A stretch of 63,758 bases of DNA, filler included, from Reticulomyxa filosa (taxonomy: Eukaryota > Protista > Foraminifera): the NCBI GenBank assembly GCA_000512085.1. It is 15 parts of 15 records of this genome, joined end to end, with 100 filler letters (N's around TTAATTAATTAA, not from the genome) between each part and the next. Parts side by side here need not be neighbours in the genome. Positions count along the whole stretch, not along the records: positions 11,169 to 14,618 come from ASPP01006144.1; positions 14,719 to 18,816 come from ASPP01005783.1; positions 18,917 to 25,371 come from ASPP01005029.1; positions 25,472 to 37,561 come from ASPP01027642.1; 11 more parts are not named here. One strand, given 5' to 3'. This document shows, in pieces, positions 12,631 through 25,570 of this stretch (within the stretch, counting starts at the first letter, position 1; each line of letters opens with the position of its first letter). Both the position numbers and the translations under genes were made by a program. The notes beneath the pieces were generated by a model. That model worked only from the letters and a program-made list of their open reading frames with translations, was not told where the DNA came from and did no database searches.

Positions 12631-14045
12631 ATGCATGAAATTATAACAGTAGAAGTCGGTCAAGCAGGTATTCAAGTTGGAAATTCAGTATGGGAACAAT
12701 ACTGTGCAGAGCATAACATCAGTACTACAGGTAAGCAACAGAGAGTAATAAAAGATAGTTCATTTAAAGTATTTTTTGAAGAGAAAAGTATTGATCAATT
12801 CGTTCCAAGAAATCTTGCAGTTAAAATTTGTGTTTTTCAAATTAATTTACATATATACTTTTAAAAAAAAAAAAAAAAAAACTGTTGCAGGTAGATTTAG
12901 AACCAAATGTAATTGATGAGATGAAATCTGGACTGTTTGATAGCAATTTTTTGTTATCAGGAAATGAAGATGCAACCACTTTTGCACGAGCTTATTATAC
13001 GTCTGGAAAGCAAATACTTGATAAGGTAAATGATCAATTGCGAAAATTGGCAGATAATTGTGATAATATAATGGGATTTATGATGACAAATAGTATTGCA
13101 GGAGGAACAGGTTCTGGTTTGGGTGCATTGATCTTGGAGCGATTGGCAGTAGATTACAGAAAGAAGATAAAAGTGGATTGTGTCATATATCCGTCGCATA
13201 CATTATCGACCTCGGTAATTGAACCTTACAATGCAATGCTTGCAATGCGTTGGTTGCTAGGCTACACCGAAGTTATATTGGCATTTGATAATGAGAGTAT
13301 ATACAATATTTGTCAAAGTAATTTGCATATTGCAAAACCTGATATAAGTAATGTAAATCGATTAATTACAAAAGTGATATCATCAATGACTGCATCTATG
13401 CGATTCAGTGGAGAATTAAATACCAACTTAAATGAGTTGCAAACAAATCTGGTTCCTTTTCCGAGATTGCATTTTATGACAACAAGCATGAGTCCAATTG
13501 TCTCAAAAACAGATGTAATTACAACTCCCAGTGATGTACAAACCATTACGAATGAATGTTTCAAACATACTAATTGGTTTATTTATTATGATTCCTTTGA
13601 TCCTGTTGAAGATAAATATATGTCCATTGTACTTAATTATCGTGGAAATGTTACTAGCAAAGAAGCAAATATTGCTATTCAATCGCAAAAAACAAACAAT
13701 CAAGTTTTTTTAGTAGAATGGTGTCCAACTGGTTTCAAAATTGGATTAAATGATATTCCTGCTGCTGTTTTAGAACAGGATGATATTGGTGCTTGTAGCA
13801 AAAATGCTGTTATGATTGCCAACAATACTGGCATTTCTCGTACGTTTAACAAATTGATTACACAAAAATATGATCTTATGTATTCACAACGTGCATTTCT
13901 TCACTGGTATGTTGGAGAAGGAATTGATAGTGATCTATTCTTTGAGGCTCGTGAAGAAATGGAATTTTTAGAAAGAGACTATTTAGATATTTTGAGTGAG
14001 AGTCTAGATGAGGTTGATGATTATGTAAATGATGATAACTATTAA
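12631..14045 (+). CDS. Highly divergent alpha-tubulin (foraminiferan/Retaria alpha2-type)
   Basis: MHEIITVEVGQAGIQVGNSVWEQYCAEH, VPRNLA|VDLEP (intron 12820-12890), GGTGSG, EPYN, TNLVPFPRLHF, EWCPTGFKIG, RAFLHWYVGEG. Confidence 0.95.
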
Positions 14046-14225
14046 TTTTCCAAAAATACTTGATAATAAATTTCTTTCAAAAGAAAAAAAAATACAATTT
14101 TTGATTTTGTTTTTTTTTTTTTTTTAAATGATTAAATTTAGATAATAGATTATAAGACACCTTTTTTTATTTTTTTTCAAAAGTAAAATATATTCTGATT
14201 GTATTATAATGTTGAATAAACTGAA

Positions 14226-14360
14226 TGCACACAGTGCCTAAGTAATTTAACATCATTTGGATATTTACAAATAAACTTGTATTCGTTTTTGTTTTTTTTT
14301 TTTTGAATGTATGATAAGAATAATAACATCTTTTAAATTAATCTCCACAAATGAGGTATA
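14226..14360 (-). pseudogene. Relic of the Kelch-like family seen at 17033
   Basis: The minus strand reads LICGD*FKRCYYSYHTF..KNEYKFICKYPNDVKLLRHCV, matching LICGGWNTRDCFSYDILKNEYKFICEYPNNTELWGHCV. Confidence 0.7.
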
Positions 14361-14790
14361 ATAAATATTGAAAGAACTTTGGTTTAAGTAATTTATTTTC
14401 TTTGAAGCAAAGAGGTTCAATTTTATTATTATTATTATTAAAAATTTTACTAAAAAGTATTATATGATAAATATATTTCGAGCAAAAGGATTATATATTA
14501 TAATAATTGTTTGGATTGTAATGAAAAAAGAAATGAAATTATTTGATTCTTGTAAATGTTTAGAAAAAAAAAATTGATGAAATAATTAATTAATTAACAT
14601 CATCATTTGTAAAAAAAANNNNNNNNNNNNNNNNNNNNNNNNNNNNNNNNNNNNNNNNNNNNTTAATTAATTAANNNNNNNNNNNNNNNNNNNNNNNNNN
14701 NNNNNNNNNNNNNNNNNNTTAGTAACTCTTGTTTTTTTTGTCAAAATAGGCAAAAAAAGGGGGCATTGTTTTGAGAGTAACTTCATTATC

Positions 14791-15710
14791 ATGCTTGCAC
14801 AGCTTCAAGAAACATTCGTCAACATAGATGAAGACATCATTTCAGCTGCATCGAAATGGTCTAATGAAAATGTTGAAAAGACAAAGGATATCTTAGCATG
14901 GCTAACAGAGAACACGTAACAATCAATTTCTATTTTTTCTTTTTTTAATATACAAAAACATCAAATTATTGCCCACTTTTAATATTTTAATATAGCAAAA
15001 ATTTACAGCAATAACATTATTTGATGCAATTACTCAGAAATTTTGGCAATAAACTTGAAAAAACAACAATATCACAAACGTGGAGAAATTGCAATCGAAT
15101 TTTTGTTGGCACATTCGAAAAATTAAAAGGATTTGTGCAGCATTTACCCTAAATGAGTTAAATGTAAATAAAATATACAACAAACTCAACAAATATAAAT
15201 ATAATATATGGATAGGTCTGAAGAAGAAAATGAAATAAAAATACTTCGAGAAATGTATTTGCATATTTTGTGGAATATTTTGAAATATCCTAAACATATC
15301 AAATATCGTCAAATTCACAAACAAGCTTTATACAACTATTTATCCAAAAAAAGTCATACATTGGGTGCTGATTTTGAGAAAGTATTAATAGATATTGAAG
15401 TATATTTACAATATATTGGATTCAAGAAAAGAAAATGATAATTGGTATTATCAGTATGATCATGTTCAATTATTACATCTATGGAAATGTAATCGCTATT
15501 GGATCAATCAACAAATCGTGTATGAGTTTATTTTGTTGTTAATAAAACAAATGATATAAATATATAAATAAATATAACCAATCATTTTAAATAGATATAA
15601 AACAAGACATTGGATTGAAAGAAGATTTTGCATGTTATGGAATAAAAAATGTAAAGATTATGAAAGTGTATTTGATTATGAACATTGAACAATAATGTTA
15701 TTTGATGAAA
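14791..15710 (+). pseudogene. Disrupted gene with a CUE-like N-terminus and a PUB-like domain
   Basis: MLAQLQETFVNIDEDII..NENVEKTKDIL (CUE-like) and HILWNILKYPKHIKYRQIH..LQYIGFK (PUB-like), with in-frame stops and frameshifts. Confidence 0.6.
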
Positions 15711-17032
15711 ATAAGCAATTATTTGCCATTTGCCGGAAAAAATATAGAAACATAAATAAAAACAAAAAATCCATTAAATTTGCAATTTTTTGATATCATG
15801 CTCATCTCATTCAAAATTTACCATTCTACTGTGTAGCATAAAATAACAAAATGCAAAAAATACAAACCTGTGCAAAAGTTACTTTTTTTTTTTTTGCAAT
15901 AACTAACATCAATTTCTATTTTCATTTTCTTTTTTTTTTTTCTTTTTTGTTTGTTTGAGAGAAAACATGCAAATATTAATAGCTTGTTGTGTTATTGTTG
16001 TAGAAAATCGCCAAAACGTTGATGAGAGCATCGACGAATTGAAAGATGCTGAAGCTTATGTGCATCCTGACCAAAAGCGTGTGGAATTGCTCCATCTGGA
16101 ATACAAGGAGCTGAAAAACAACATGCTGTATGTTAGCATGCAACAGTTGGCAAGAAGAAAGTTTGCAATTTTCTTACGTCTTGGATCTCTGAAAAAAGTT
16201 TAACTTTTTTTTTTTGTTTACCATCTTACGAAACGATATAATTTTCCAAAGAACTATAAAGCAATTCTTCAAAAAAAAAAGGAAGCACGTACTATCTCAT
16301 GAAAAAAATAAACTTTTTTATATTGAATATTCATATTCCATTCATTTATTTCTTATTTTTATTTTTATCTTCATTGTTAAATTTTTCTTTTACCAAAATT
16401 AAACAATATTTTGTTTACTTTTCTAAGTTAGTTGTTTGTGTTATTCGAATTCACTGAAATAGATAGCACACTGACTTGATTTTTTCAATTTATATTTTGG
16501 TTTATGTCTAATTGCAATTCTAAGAAACACTGTCTTTTTTCTATCTTTTCGTCTTCTTCTTGATCAATTTACAGCATTTTCATTTCTGCAATAATGTAAA
16601 ATTTTTTTCTCAAAAAAAAAGTATGCAAAAACTTTTTAGAGTCGACAAACGTTTTTTTTGGTATGATATTAAAATTCTGTTTGTATGGGACACTCCAAAT
16701 TCTAGCAAATAAAACCATTAGATAGGAGTAGAATGCTATTTGCAATTCATTGTCGATTATTCTAAAGTAAATAATAAATTGTTTATTTTGGGAAAAGGAT
16801 ACAAAATAACAAGTATATATCTCAATAATATTATAATATTCTGTACTTTCCAAAATAATCTTGTCAGCTATAATCATGCATTGGTATACAATTAATATTG
16901 TAATTTTATGGTTAAAAAATTATAATTTTTGTTTTCCTAGCCAAATTATACCTTTTTTTTCTTTTAAAAGAAAAACTTTTTTCCTCTTTTAAAAAAATCT
17001 AAACTACATCATATTTCCTCAACATTAACAAC

Positions 17033-18052
17033 ATGAGCAACCAAATCTTTCAAACTTTGAAGGAGCTGCCCATTCCACTTTGTCAATCTCAATGTGTGCT
17101 ACACAAACACGAATTCCTCATTTGTGGAGGCTGGAACACAAGAGATTGTTTTTCTTATGATATACTCAAAAACGAATACAAGTTTATCTGTGAGTATCCA
17201 AATAATACTGAATTATGGGGCACTGTGTAGTGAAACTGGTAGATAACAACAACAAAAGCAGCAATGAAATCACTTTATTGTCTTTTGGTGGATCTTCCCT
17301 AACAAAAAGACATACATTAATGATGAAATATGTAAGTGTTTGGAGTAATATATCAAACAAATTAAACAAATCAAACAGTTGCAATGAACGGATTCCTTTC
17401 ACAGACAATGACAGTCATCCAATTATCATTGGAAGAGATAAAAATCATAACTATCTTGGAGTGCGTGCAGTAATTGGTGGAAGCAGCAATCATTTGTTAT
17501 TTGTTACTTATTATCCAAATAATATTAGTGTGTTTGATTTAAACACATTTCAATTTATTCAACAGAATACTTTACAAACTAGTCATTATATTAATTATCG
17601 TTGTTTTGTATCAAATTCAAAAAAAGGACAAAAGGTGATAAAAACAAACCAAGGAAAAAATAAACAAAATTATCAAATGCTGTTGTTTTGTGTCAAAACA
17701 GGATTATATGATGATGATAGCAACACTTTTAAATTTCGTCAATTACCTGTTTATAAGGATATTGGATCATTCTATGCATATGCATATGCATATATCAATG
17801 ATGTCGTCTTGTCCTTTGGTGGGCGTCAGTGGATTGGATATAAATTTATTTATTCAAAATTAGTGCACAAATATTCAATTCAAAAAAAAAATGCATTTCA
17901 TTAAAAGATATATTGCCTATTCCATTGGATCATTGTTTTGGGATATTAACAGTCAAAAGACGAAATAAAATTTGTTGTTCAACATTGGATTCGAATTTTA
18001 AAGATAAAATTAAAATGGATTGATTATTTTAACAAAATCATTATCAAATATG
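17033..18052 (+). pseudogene. Kelch-like beta-propeller gene of an expanded family, frameshifted and internally deleted
   Basis: LKELPIPLCQSQCVLHKHEFLICGG..GHCVV..LLSFGG..RAVIGG..VVLSFGG. Frameshifts near 17220 and 17890. C-terminal box EIKFVVQHWIRILKIKLKWIDYFNKIIIKY. Confidence 0.75.
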
Positions 18053-18550
18053 AGATGTTGCATTAGGAAAACAGCTTCAAACTTTCAGAGAACATACAAA
18101 ATTGGATTTGAATATCAAACATCAAATTGGGATTGATCAATGATTTTGATAAACTTATTATCGAATGTATGATGTCATTTTGTTTTTTTTCCAATTCAAA
18201 ATAAAAAATTCAAATGTTTTTCTATAATCATTTTTTGACACTGACTATTCATATTTTCATATTCAATCCCTAAATTACTCAAGCATTCACTGAATATACA
18301 AGTATTGTAACTAGTCATCATCAGCAATCATTAAATGAAGATAACGTAATCAAATTTTCATTTATGTTTTTCAATTTTTAAAAAAATTGAATGTAATTTT
18401 TTGAATATTTTTAAACAACAGAGTAAAATAAAACACATCTTTCAATGCTTGCATTCAATCAAATCAAACAAGTTTAATATCAAATCATATTTCTTTTAAT
18501 CAAACTTTTCAAACAAAAACACTTTCATTTCTTATTCGACAAAATGTAAA

Positions 18551-18816
18551 TTATCCCCAAATACGAATGGGACCATTGAGTGAACCATAACACAAATTCA
18601 AATCAAATGTGACATTCTTTGTCTTCTCTTTCTTTTTCAATACAATACATTTAAGACAATATATTCCTTTATCTTCTTTCTTGTATCCTTTTATCATATA
18701 CAATTCATCTTATTTGATCGAACATCCCAAAACGAATTGTATTATCAGCTGATCCAGAACATATCACATTTGAATTACCATCACTATTCTTTATTACAAA
18801 TGGTGAATATTCAACA
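18551..18816 (-). CDS. C-terminal end of another WD40-family protein (frameshifted: pseudogene or homopolymer errors)
   Basis: VEYSPFVIKNSDGNSNVICSGSADNTIRF/WDVRSNK..LCYGSLNGPIRIWG-stop, paralogous to 11171-11647. Confidence 0.8.
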
Positions 18817-19552
18817 NNNNNNNNNNNNNNNNNNNNNNNNNNNNNNNNNNNNNNNNNNNNTTAATTAATTAANNNNNNNNNNNNNNNNNNNNNNNNNNNN
18901 NNNNNNNNNNNNNNNNCTTCCCACAATTTCCTTTTTCAAAAATTGTTGGAAATCAAATGTTGAACACAAATTTGGACTTTGTTGTACGTGGACAAAAAGT
19001 CAAATCAAGTGTTGACCATGTTTTATTGCAACTTTTTTTTACACAGTAGATAATTTTTTCATTCATCGAAAAAGAAATTTGTCAAATTAAAATGTGAAAA
19101 AACAACTAATTTAGACAAAAGGTGCAATATAGATTCTAATTTAGAATCTTATACAGTTTTTATATCATCAATCCCAGATTGTACCTAAGTTTGTCATCAT
19201 AAAAAAAAATTTACACATCTGTGTGCTTTCTGTAGCCTCAGTGATCTTAAACTTTAAAAATTTGTAATAATTCTGTAACTGCAGTGGAAATTAGAAAAAC
19301 CAGATTGCTTTACTCAGAGAATTCAAATTTTTGACAATGGAGAAACTTTGATCCAAACTATCAGAAAAATAGTCAAAAATTACAGTATATATTAAAGTGT
19401 GTAAAATCAATTATACTAAAAAAGACATGATACTTTTCAAATTTTCATCTTCAGTTTTATCAGTAACCAAGTTTTTTGCCTCAACGGAAAATAAAACAAG
19501 CAAAGTACAAAGACCTCGGAGAACGGAGGAAAAAAACGTGAACTTGACACTC

Positions 19553-20583
19553 ATGACATCAAAATCGGAACAAAAAGACTTGGTATGCCATGTTCGAAAA
19601 GCAAAGCAATCAGATTTGGGTGAAATTTTGCGAATAATATTGACTGAGCCAAGATTTCGAATGGTGGATCTGGTACCTACAGTCTTTTTCAACGGACTAG
19701 TATTTGGGAGTATTGTGACCATGGCAATTCTGGCAATAGGCATATTAACAGTGATAACAATAATACAAAAACAAGCACATTCGACAATGATGTATATAAC
19801 AGCAGTACTGATCCCAGCGCTAATAATATATATATTTGGATTGATCAAAGCATATAAGCAAATAAACATCAGATACAATAAAATTGCAAAATTGAAGGAA
19901 TTGGGTATTTCTTCATTCAATGAATTAGATTCATTTTTTGAAAGTCATTCGATATACATGGCATTTGAATGTGAAAAGAAAAAAACAGAAGAAGCGAGTT
20001 CTGTAGTTGTTTTTTTTTTGGTCCTTTCGCCCCTTCTATTATTACATATGCATATATATATGCATATACATATATGTATATTATTCAGTGAGTAATGCAG
20101 AAGAAAAAGACGAAGGTCAATGCTTGGGAGTATTGGTGATGACTTCTTATTCACAGTACTGTTTAGAAGTGGAATTTAATCCATTACATTTAAAAAAGAT
20201 TGATGAAAGCCCGACAAATCCAATGATTATACAATGGCTGGTAATCAATGAAAACATAATTGGAAACCAGTCATCAATGTAGCGTTATTTATGAGGCATT
20301 ACTGGAATATATCTGTGGCAATAACAAAATTGCTTCGAATGATTGTGGTAGTTTGGACGAAAACAATGCCAATTATATATTGTGTGTTTCAGATAATATG
20401 CTAACCTGGCAACATCAATGCTTGCTGCAAAATGGATTTGTGCTTTGTGGTAAATGGGAGGATTTACACTTGTGTGGTGTTTCATTTCCAACCAAATATT
20501 ACTTTTTTAACAAACCTATCCATCATCCTCATTTGCCAGCAATTAAAGACAAAAAGCTATTTCAAACTTCTAAGAAAATATAA
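19553..20583 (+). CDS. Membrane-anchored GNAT-fold protein with NAT8/camello-like architecture
   Basis: VRKAKQSDLGEILRI (beta1-alpha1), a two-helix hydrophobic hairpin, IYMAFE..CLGVLVM, IQWLVI, IYEALLEY and LLQNGF. Intron at ~20003-20088 and a 1-nt frameshift at ~20262. Confidence 0.55.
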
Positions 20584-21935
20584 ATTTAACTTTTACATTA
20601 TTTTAACTGTTACCGAAATTACAAGTTTTTTACTGCCAATCCACATTTATGCATGATTTCTTTTTCTTTCGATAGATAATCCACTTTTTACTTAAGGAAG
20701 AAAAAATCACCGAGTAACCAAATCGATCATTGCTTTTCATTTTTCCATTTGTTACTGATACAAACTTATTTGCACATTCATGACAAAACATTTTAGACTT
20801 GAACAACACTTGCAAGTGCGCATATTTTCATTCCTTGCTATCAACAAACGACAATTTTCTTTTTTTGAAAAAGGCAACTGAACTAAAATTGTTTGTATAG
20901 TGGTCCCGAAAAAGGGCTCAGTTCCATTTTTTTTTTTTTTATCTGTCATGATTACCTATTTTCGCTCTTTTCAGTGCAATATCATTAAATGCAAAATTAT
21001 TGTGAATACAATAAGAAATATGCTGCAAACAAGCTGAACGCACGTTATAATTCTAACATTATTTTTTTTTAGTTAACTATGTCATATATCCATTTGCATT
21101 TTTTTTTATTGTCAATTTATTATGTTTTGTATTAATTATTGTCACATGTCAATGTGATTTGTCTTTTTATCTTTTGCATAGCTTTTTCAAATGAAAAGTA
21201 AAATACATTTGCTTCTTAATATAGCAACAAAACTTTACATCATTTTAATCGCAGTGTCCACTTGCCAAAAACAAAAATCATAATATTGTCATACAACAAA
21301 ACCGTTTTGAGATTGTTACTGTTCTCTTTGCAGATATTTATATTAGACTAGCTGCTGTGTTAACTTGGTAATACATACAAAAGTTTGGTAGTTGCACAAA
21401 TAAGAAAAATTTATTGTCCGAATTTGCGCCTATCAAAAAAACTTATTCTGTCTGTCAATGGACACACTGCTTTGGAATTATTATTATCAATTAGCATCTC
21501 TTTGTGTTGTTTTCCTTTTTATTTGACAAATTACAAAGAAAAACTGTTCGTTCAAAAATACGCACATATAAGAGTCGTTTTATTACTTGAAAAAAATCTA
21601 TACTTCCTCTAAAAAAATACAAAAACAGAGTGCGAAAAAAGCTTTAAGACTCCAATACTAAACAGATAGAGCAAATTTAAAATTTTGCTTTGAACGCCCT
21701 TTAAAGCGTTAAATAGAACTTTATCCTAAAAAACGGAGAGTCTTTAAAGGTTTTCACGTTCAAAAAATTTCATAACATTTTGATAACTTTTTATTGGGGA
21801 TTATTTTCCACCAGAAAGTGGAGAAAAAGCTATAATATGTCAAAAAAGCAGAACAAAAGTATATTTTTTTTTGCCAGCATTTTTTGTGTTTAAATGGAGA
21901 ACAGCTAACCAAAAACGCTCAAAAAAAAAAAAGAA

Positions 21936-23302
21936 ATGAGTAAGATCAAGGGCGAAAAGCCGATGGACAATGAATCTGAGCAACGAACCGAATGTTTAAC
22001 AGACAACAGTGGTGGGTGTAACAAGCCAAGCAAAGTAAATTTTAAAATTAGTTTTTTTAAAGCGAAGAGGGCAAGAGCTTGTGAAAGGTTTACAATTGTT
22101 CAAAAAAAAAAAAAAATAGAACCAGAAAGAGCACAATGGCGGATATGGTGAACGCAATAATTTGTCAGATTATTTTAAAGTACAATCATTATCCAAAAAA
22201 GTATGTATTGGTTTCGACAACAACGTACTTCAAAAGGCATAAAAATCTCGAAAATAAATGACCATTTGACAAAATTTAAAAAAATAAAAAATAAAAAAAA
22301 AATGATAGGAAACCATAATTAAGGGTTATCAAAGCGAGAGTTCAAACGAAACTGAAAATGAGCTGATGATAATCGACGAGAAACTAAAGCTGTCCAACGC
22401 TGTTAACAACAATAGCAAGCTCCCTCCTATTGCTTATCAATATGACTATAAGGAAGCTCAATCGGAAGCGGACTCTGTATCCCTTGGTGAACTACTGGAG
22501 GAAAACAAAGAGCTGCACAAACAGATGCAGAGTCTTTTGCATCAGCAAAAAGAAATGCATGTACAGATGACTCCCTCTATATTGCACATATTACATGCAA
22601 ATGCATATATGTACGCATATATACATATATATATATATATATGCTACATACAACCCATAATAACAATAAACGATACATAATACAGTTTTGATTTGTTTTA
22701 TGTTGGGATATCGAAACGGTGGGGACTTTGAAAGTCTGACAGGCTCTGTCCAAAGTGTCAAAAGTTACAAAAGAAGCATCAGCAAAAAAAAGACAATTGC
22801 GAAAAAAGACACCAAAAATTAATTCACAAAAAAGAAGTATTGACGAGTCAACTCAGCCAACGCAAAGAAGTGATTGCACTACAAAATGTTAACGTCTGCA
22901 AATATCTTTTATGTTGTCATGCTATGTGGCTCTATTTCTTAACTAAAACAGCTGTCAAAAGTACATACACATATTTTTTTTTTTTTATAGGAAAAAAGAA
23001 ACAATTAGTTGTACTCTTTTTTGATATATCAGCAACACCTGACGAATGTTCTCTGAGGCCGTTGTCAGGGCACAGAAAATACAAAAGGTATCTGTGCAGT
23101 ACGTATGCTTCGTTGTTTGTCTATGTTTGCCATTTTGTGTCTCCTTGAGGAAACACTGCCACACAATCATAAAAGCCAATCCGGGAGTGAAGCTGAAAGT
23201 GAAAGCGGCAATGAGATAAAATCCGACAGTGATAGTGAGAGCAAGAGTAAGAGTGGAAGTGAAAGTGCAAGTGAGAGTGAAAGTAGCACCATTGGCAAAT
23301 AA
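21936..23302 (+). CDS. Multi-exon hypothetical protein with a short coiled coil and a Ser/Glu-rich tail
   Basis: Exon-like blocks at 21936, ~22120, ~22310-22560, ~22740-22890, ~22990 and 23150-23302 separated by A/T-tract introns. No known motif. Confidence 0.45.
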
Positions 23303-24092
23303 AACTCTGGCAAACCGAACAACATTAAACAATGATTGAAGGAAAAAAAACAACTTTTTTTGCTTGCATTTGCGAGCGTTTTGCTCCAAAGTATGTGGAG
23401 ACAGAAAAGAGGAAAGGAGGGAGGAGAGAATTAGGTACTATTGAAGAAAATAATGTTCAATGTCTTGCTCAAAACTTTCGGATGTTCATAAATCACGGGT
23501 GTCTTCACTATCAAAAGTCGATCAAAAATAATTGTTATGTGAGCTTTTTTTTTTTTTTGAATGCACATATTTTTATTTTGCTTTTTTCTGCTGAAAAAAA
23601 ACCATGCTCACCACATCGATTTTTAAAAGTTTGCACTCATCTCACTTTTTGCAATTCTTTTAACAATTATATCACCAGCACAAAGTGTAATACGAAAATT
23701 TCTTGACTCTTGGAGCAATTTTAGCGATAAATAAATTTTTTGGTCAACTTACTTGTCTCTGTTTTTGTATATCAAAGTCATTTCTCTCAAGTTTGTATCT
23801 CTTCTAAAAATGCCCACATGTAATCGAAATTGAGTAGTTGAGCATAGGCTTCTTTTTCATTTGTACGTACATACTGTTTGAAGAATAAAACTTGTTTGGA
23901 CCTTTTTTCTTTTGCAAAAAAAAAAGTATTATTTTTTTAATATTCACAATTTGCGACGCATTATTCAAAAAGAGCGAGTGTCCAAGAGCAGTTTAAAATA
24001 CAAAAAAGCATGATTTGACATTTGCTTGGATTAAAAAAAAATTACTTAGTTTGATCGGGTAAAAGCTATCCCCGTGTTCACGCTAACAAAAA

Positions 24093-25330
24093 TTATAAAG
24101 CTTTTGCAGCAAGGCTAATGCGAATATTTTTTTCTAACTGGAAGCCTTTTCTCTCTTTCTTCAGCGGATGCATGTCCGCACTTACTTCATTTTCCATCCA
24201 GTTTTGAGCGACCTTTTGCTGCTTTTCGGTCAAAGATTTTTCCAAATCACTGAACGTAGCTTTTTCGAGACTATTGTTTTTTTTTTTTTTTTTTTTCGTT
24301 CCCCCCCCAGACCCCGCGATTAAAGACGTTTAAAGAAAAGGAAGTTTTGGGAGAAAAAAAAAAAAACTTGATCAAATTGACGCCGTTTTGGTCAGTGTAA
24401 TCAGTAGGACAATCGATGGTGGTGTCATCGAGTGGTTCGCCTTTGGCGACACGCGAGCGGAAGTAGATGTACATATGTGCTTGGAACACATTATAAAAGA
24501 TGTGTTCATAGTTGAGTAAGGAAGACAAGTGGCTGCGTTTGATGAGTTTCATGACCGGGTATTTGATATCGGTCAAGAGGAAGATGATACGATTTTGTCT
24601 CAAGTACTTGACAATATTGTCAAGTGCTAACACGCCACTGCTATCCAAGTCATTCATAGCATGGCAATCCAAGACAAAGTAGTGAAAGGGTTTATTCAAG
24701 CGACGGTTGCGTTGGACAAGCACTTGTATGGAGCGTTTGAAATAATTGGTATTTCCAAAATACAAAGCACCGTCAAAGCGAAAGACGACGACGCCAGGAG
24801 TGGTGACAGCGTCTGACCACGTGGTGATACTGCCGTATACTCGTGATTGAGGGATACGTCCAATGATCGCGCAATGCGGTTTGCTTGACCGTTGCACCAA
24901 AAAAATAATGGACAAGCCCACCCCGACTTCGATCCCTTGAAAAATCCCCACACCGTGGTGCACACCAAAGTGACCAGCACGATGTACGAATCTTTGGTAT
25001 CAATCCAAAACAGTTCTTTGATCTTTTGATACGGAAACATGCCAATGCACGCACTGTACACAATTCCTGCCAGCACGCCTTTTGGCAGCCAGTACAATAG
25101 GTACGGCAACTCGCTTATCAAAATCATCGAAAATATCGTTATCACTGCGCAAACCCATACAAACATTAGTGTTTTTGCTCCGGCCTGGTCTGCCAATGGC
25201 GCATGCGTTATCACACCTCCTGCCGGCCAAGTGCCAAACAGTCCACCAAACATATTTATTATTCCGTGCGCATACATTTCGTGTTGAGGAATCAAATCGT
25301 ATTCATGTTTCAGTGCATAATTCCCAGCAA
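24093..25330 (-). CDS. SLC26/SulP anion transporter, C-terminal half with STAS domain (5' truncated)
   Basis: YDLIPQHEMYAHG..GAKT..LPKGVLAGIV..RSSKPHCAIIGRIP..FRFDGALYFGN..VLDCHAMNDLDSSG. 1-nt frameshift in a G run at ~24948; intron 24367-24271. Confidence 0.93.
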
Positions 25331-25480
25331 CTGGAAGGAGGGGGGGGAGGGGGGGGGGGGAAGATATGTTCNNNNNNNNNNNNNNNNNNNNNNNNNNNNN
25401 NNNNNNNNNNNNNNNTTAATTAATTAANNNNNNNNNNNNNNNNNNNNNNNNNNNNNNNNNNNNNNNNNNNNAAAAAAAAT

Positions 25481-25513
<33 letters not shown>

Positions 25514-25570
25514 GTGTATACATATGATTCTTTTATTCTCAAAAAAAAAAAAAAAAAAAAAAAATTGAAG

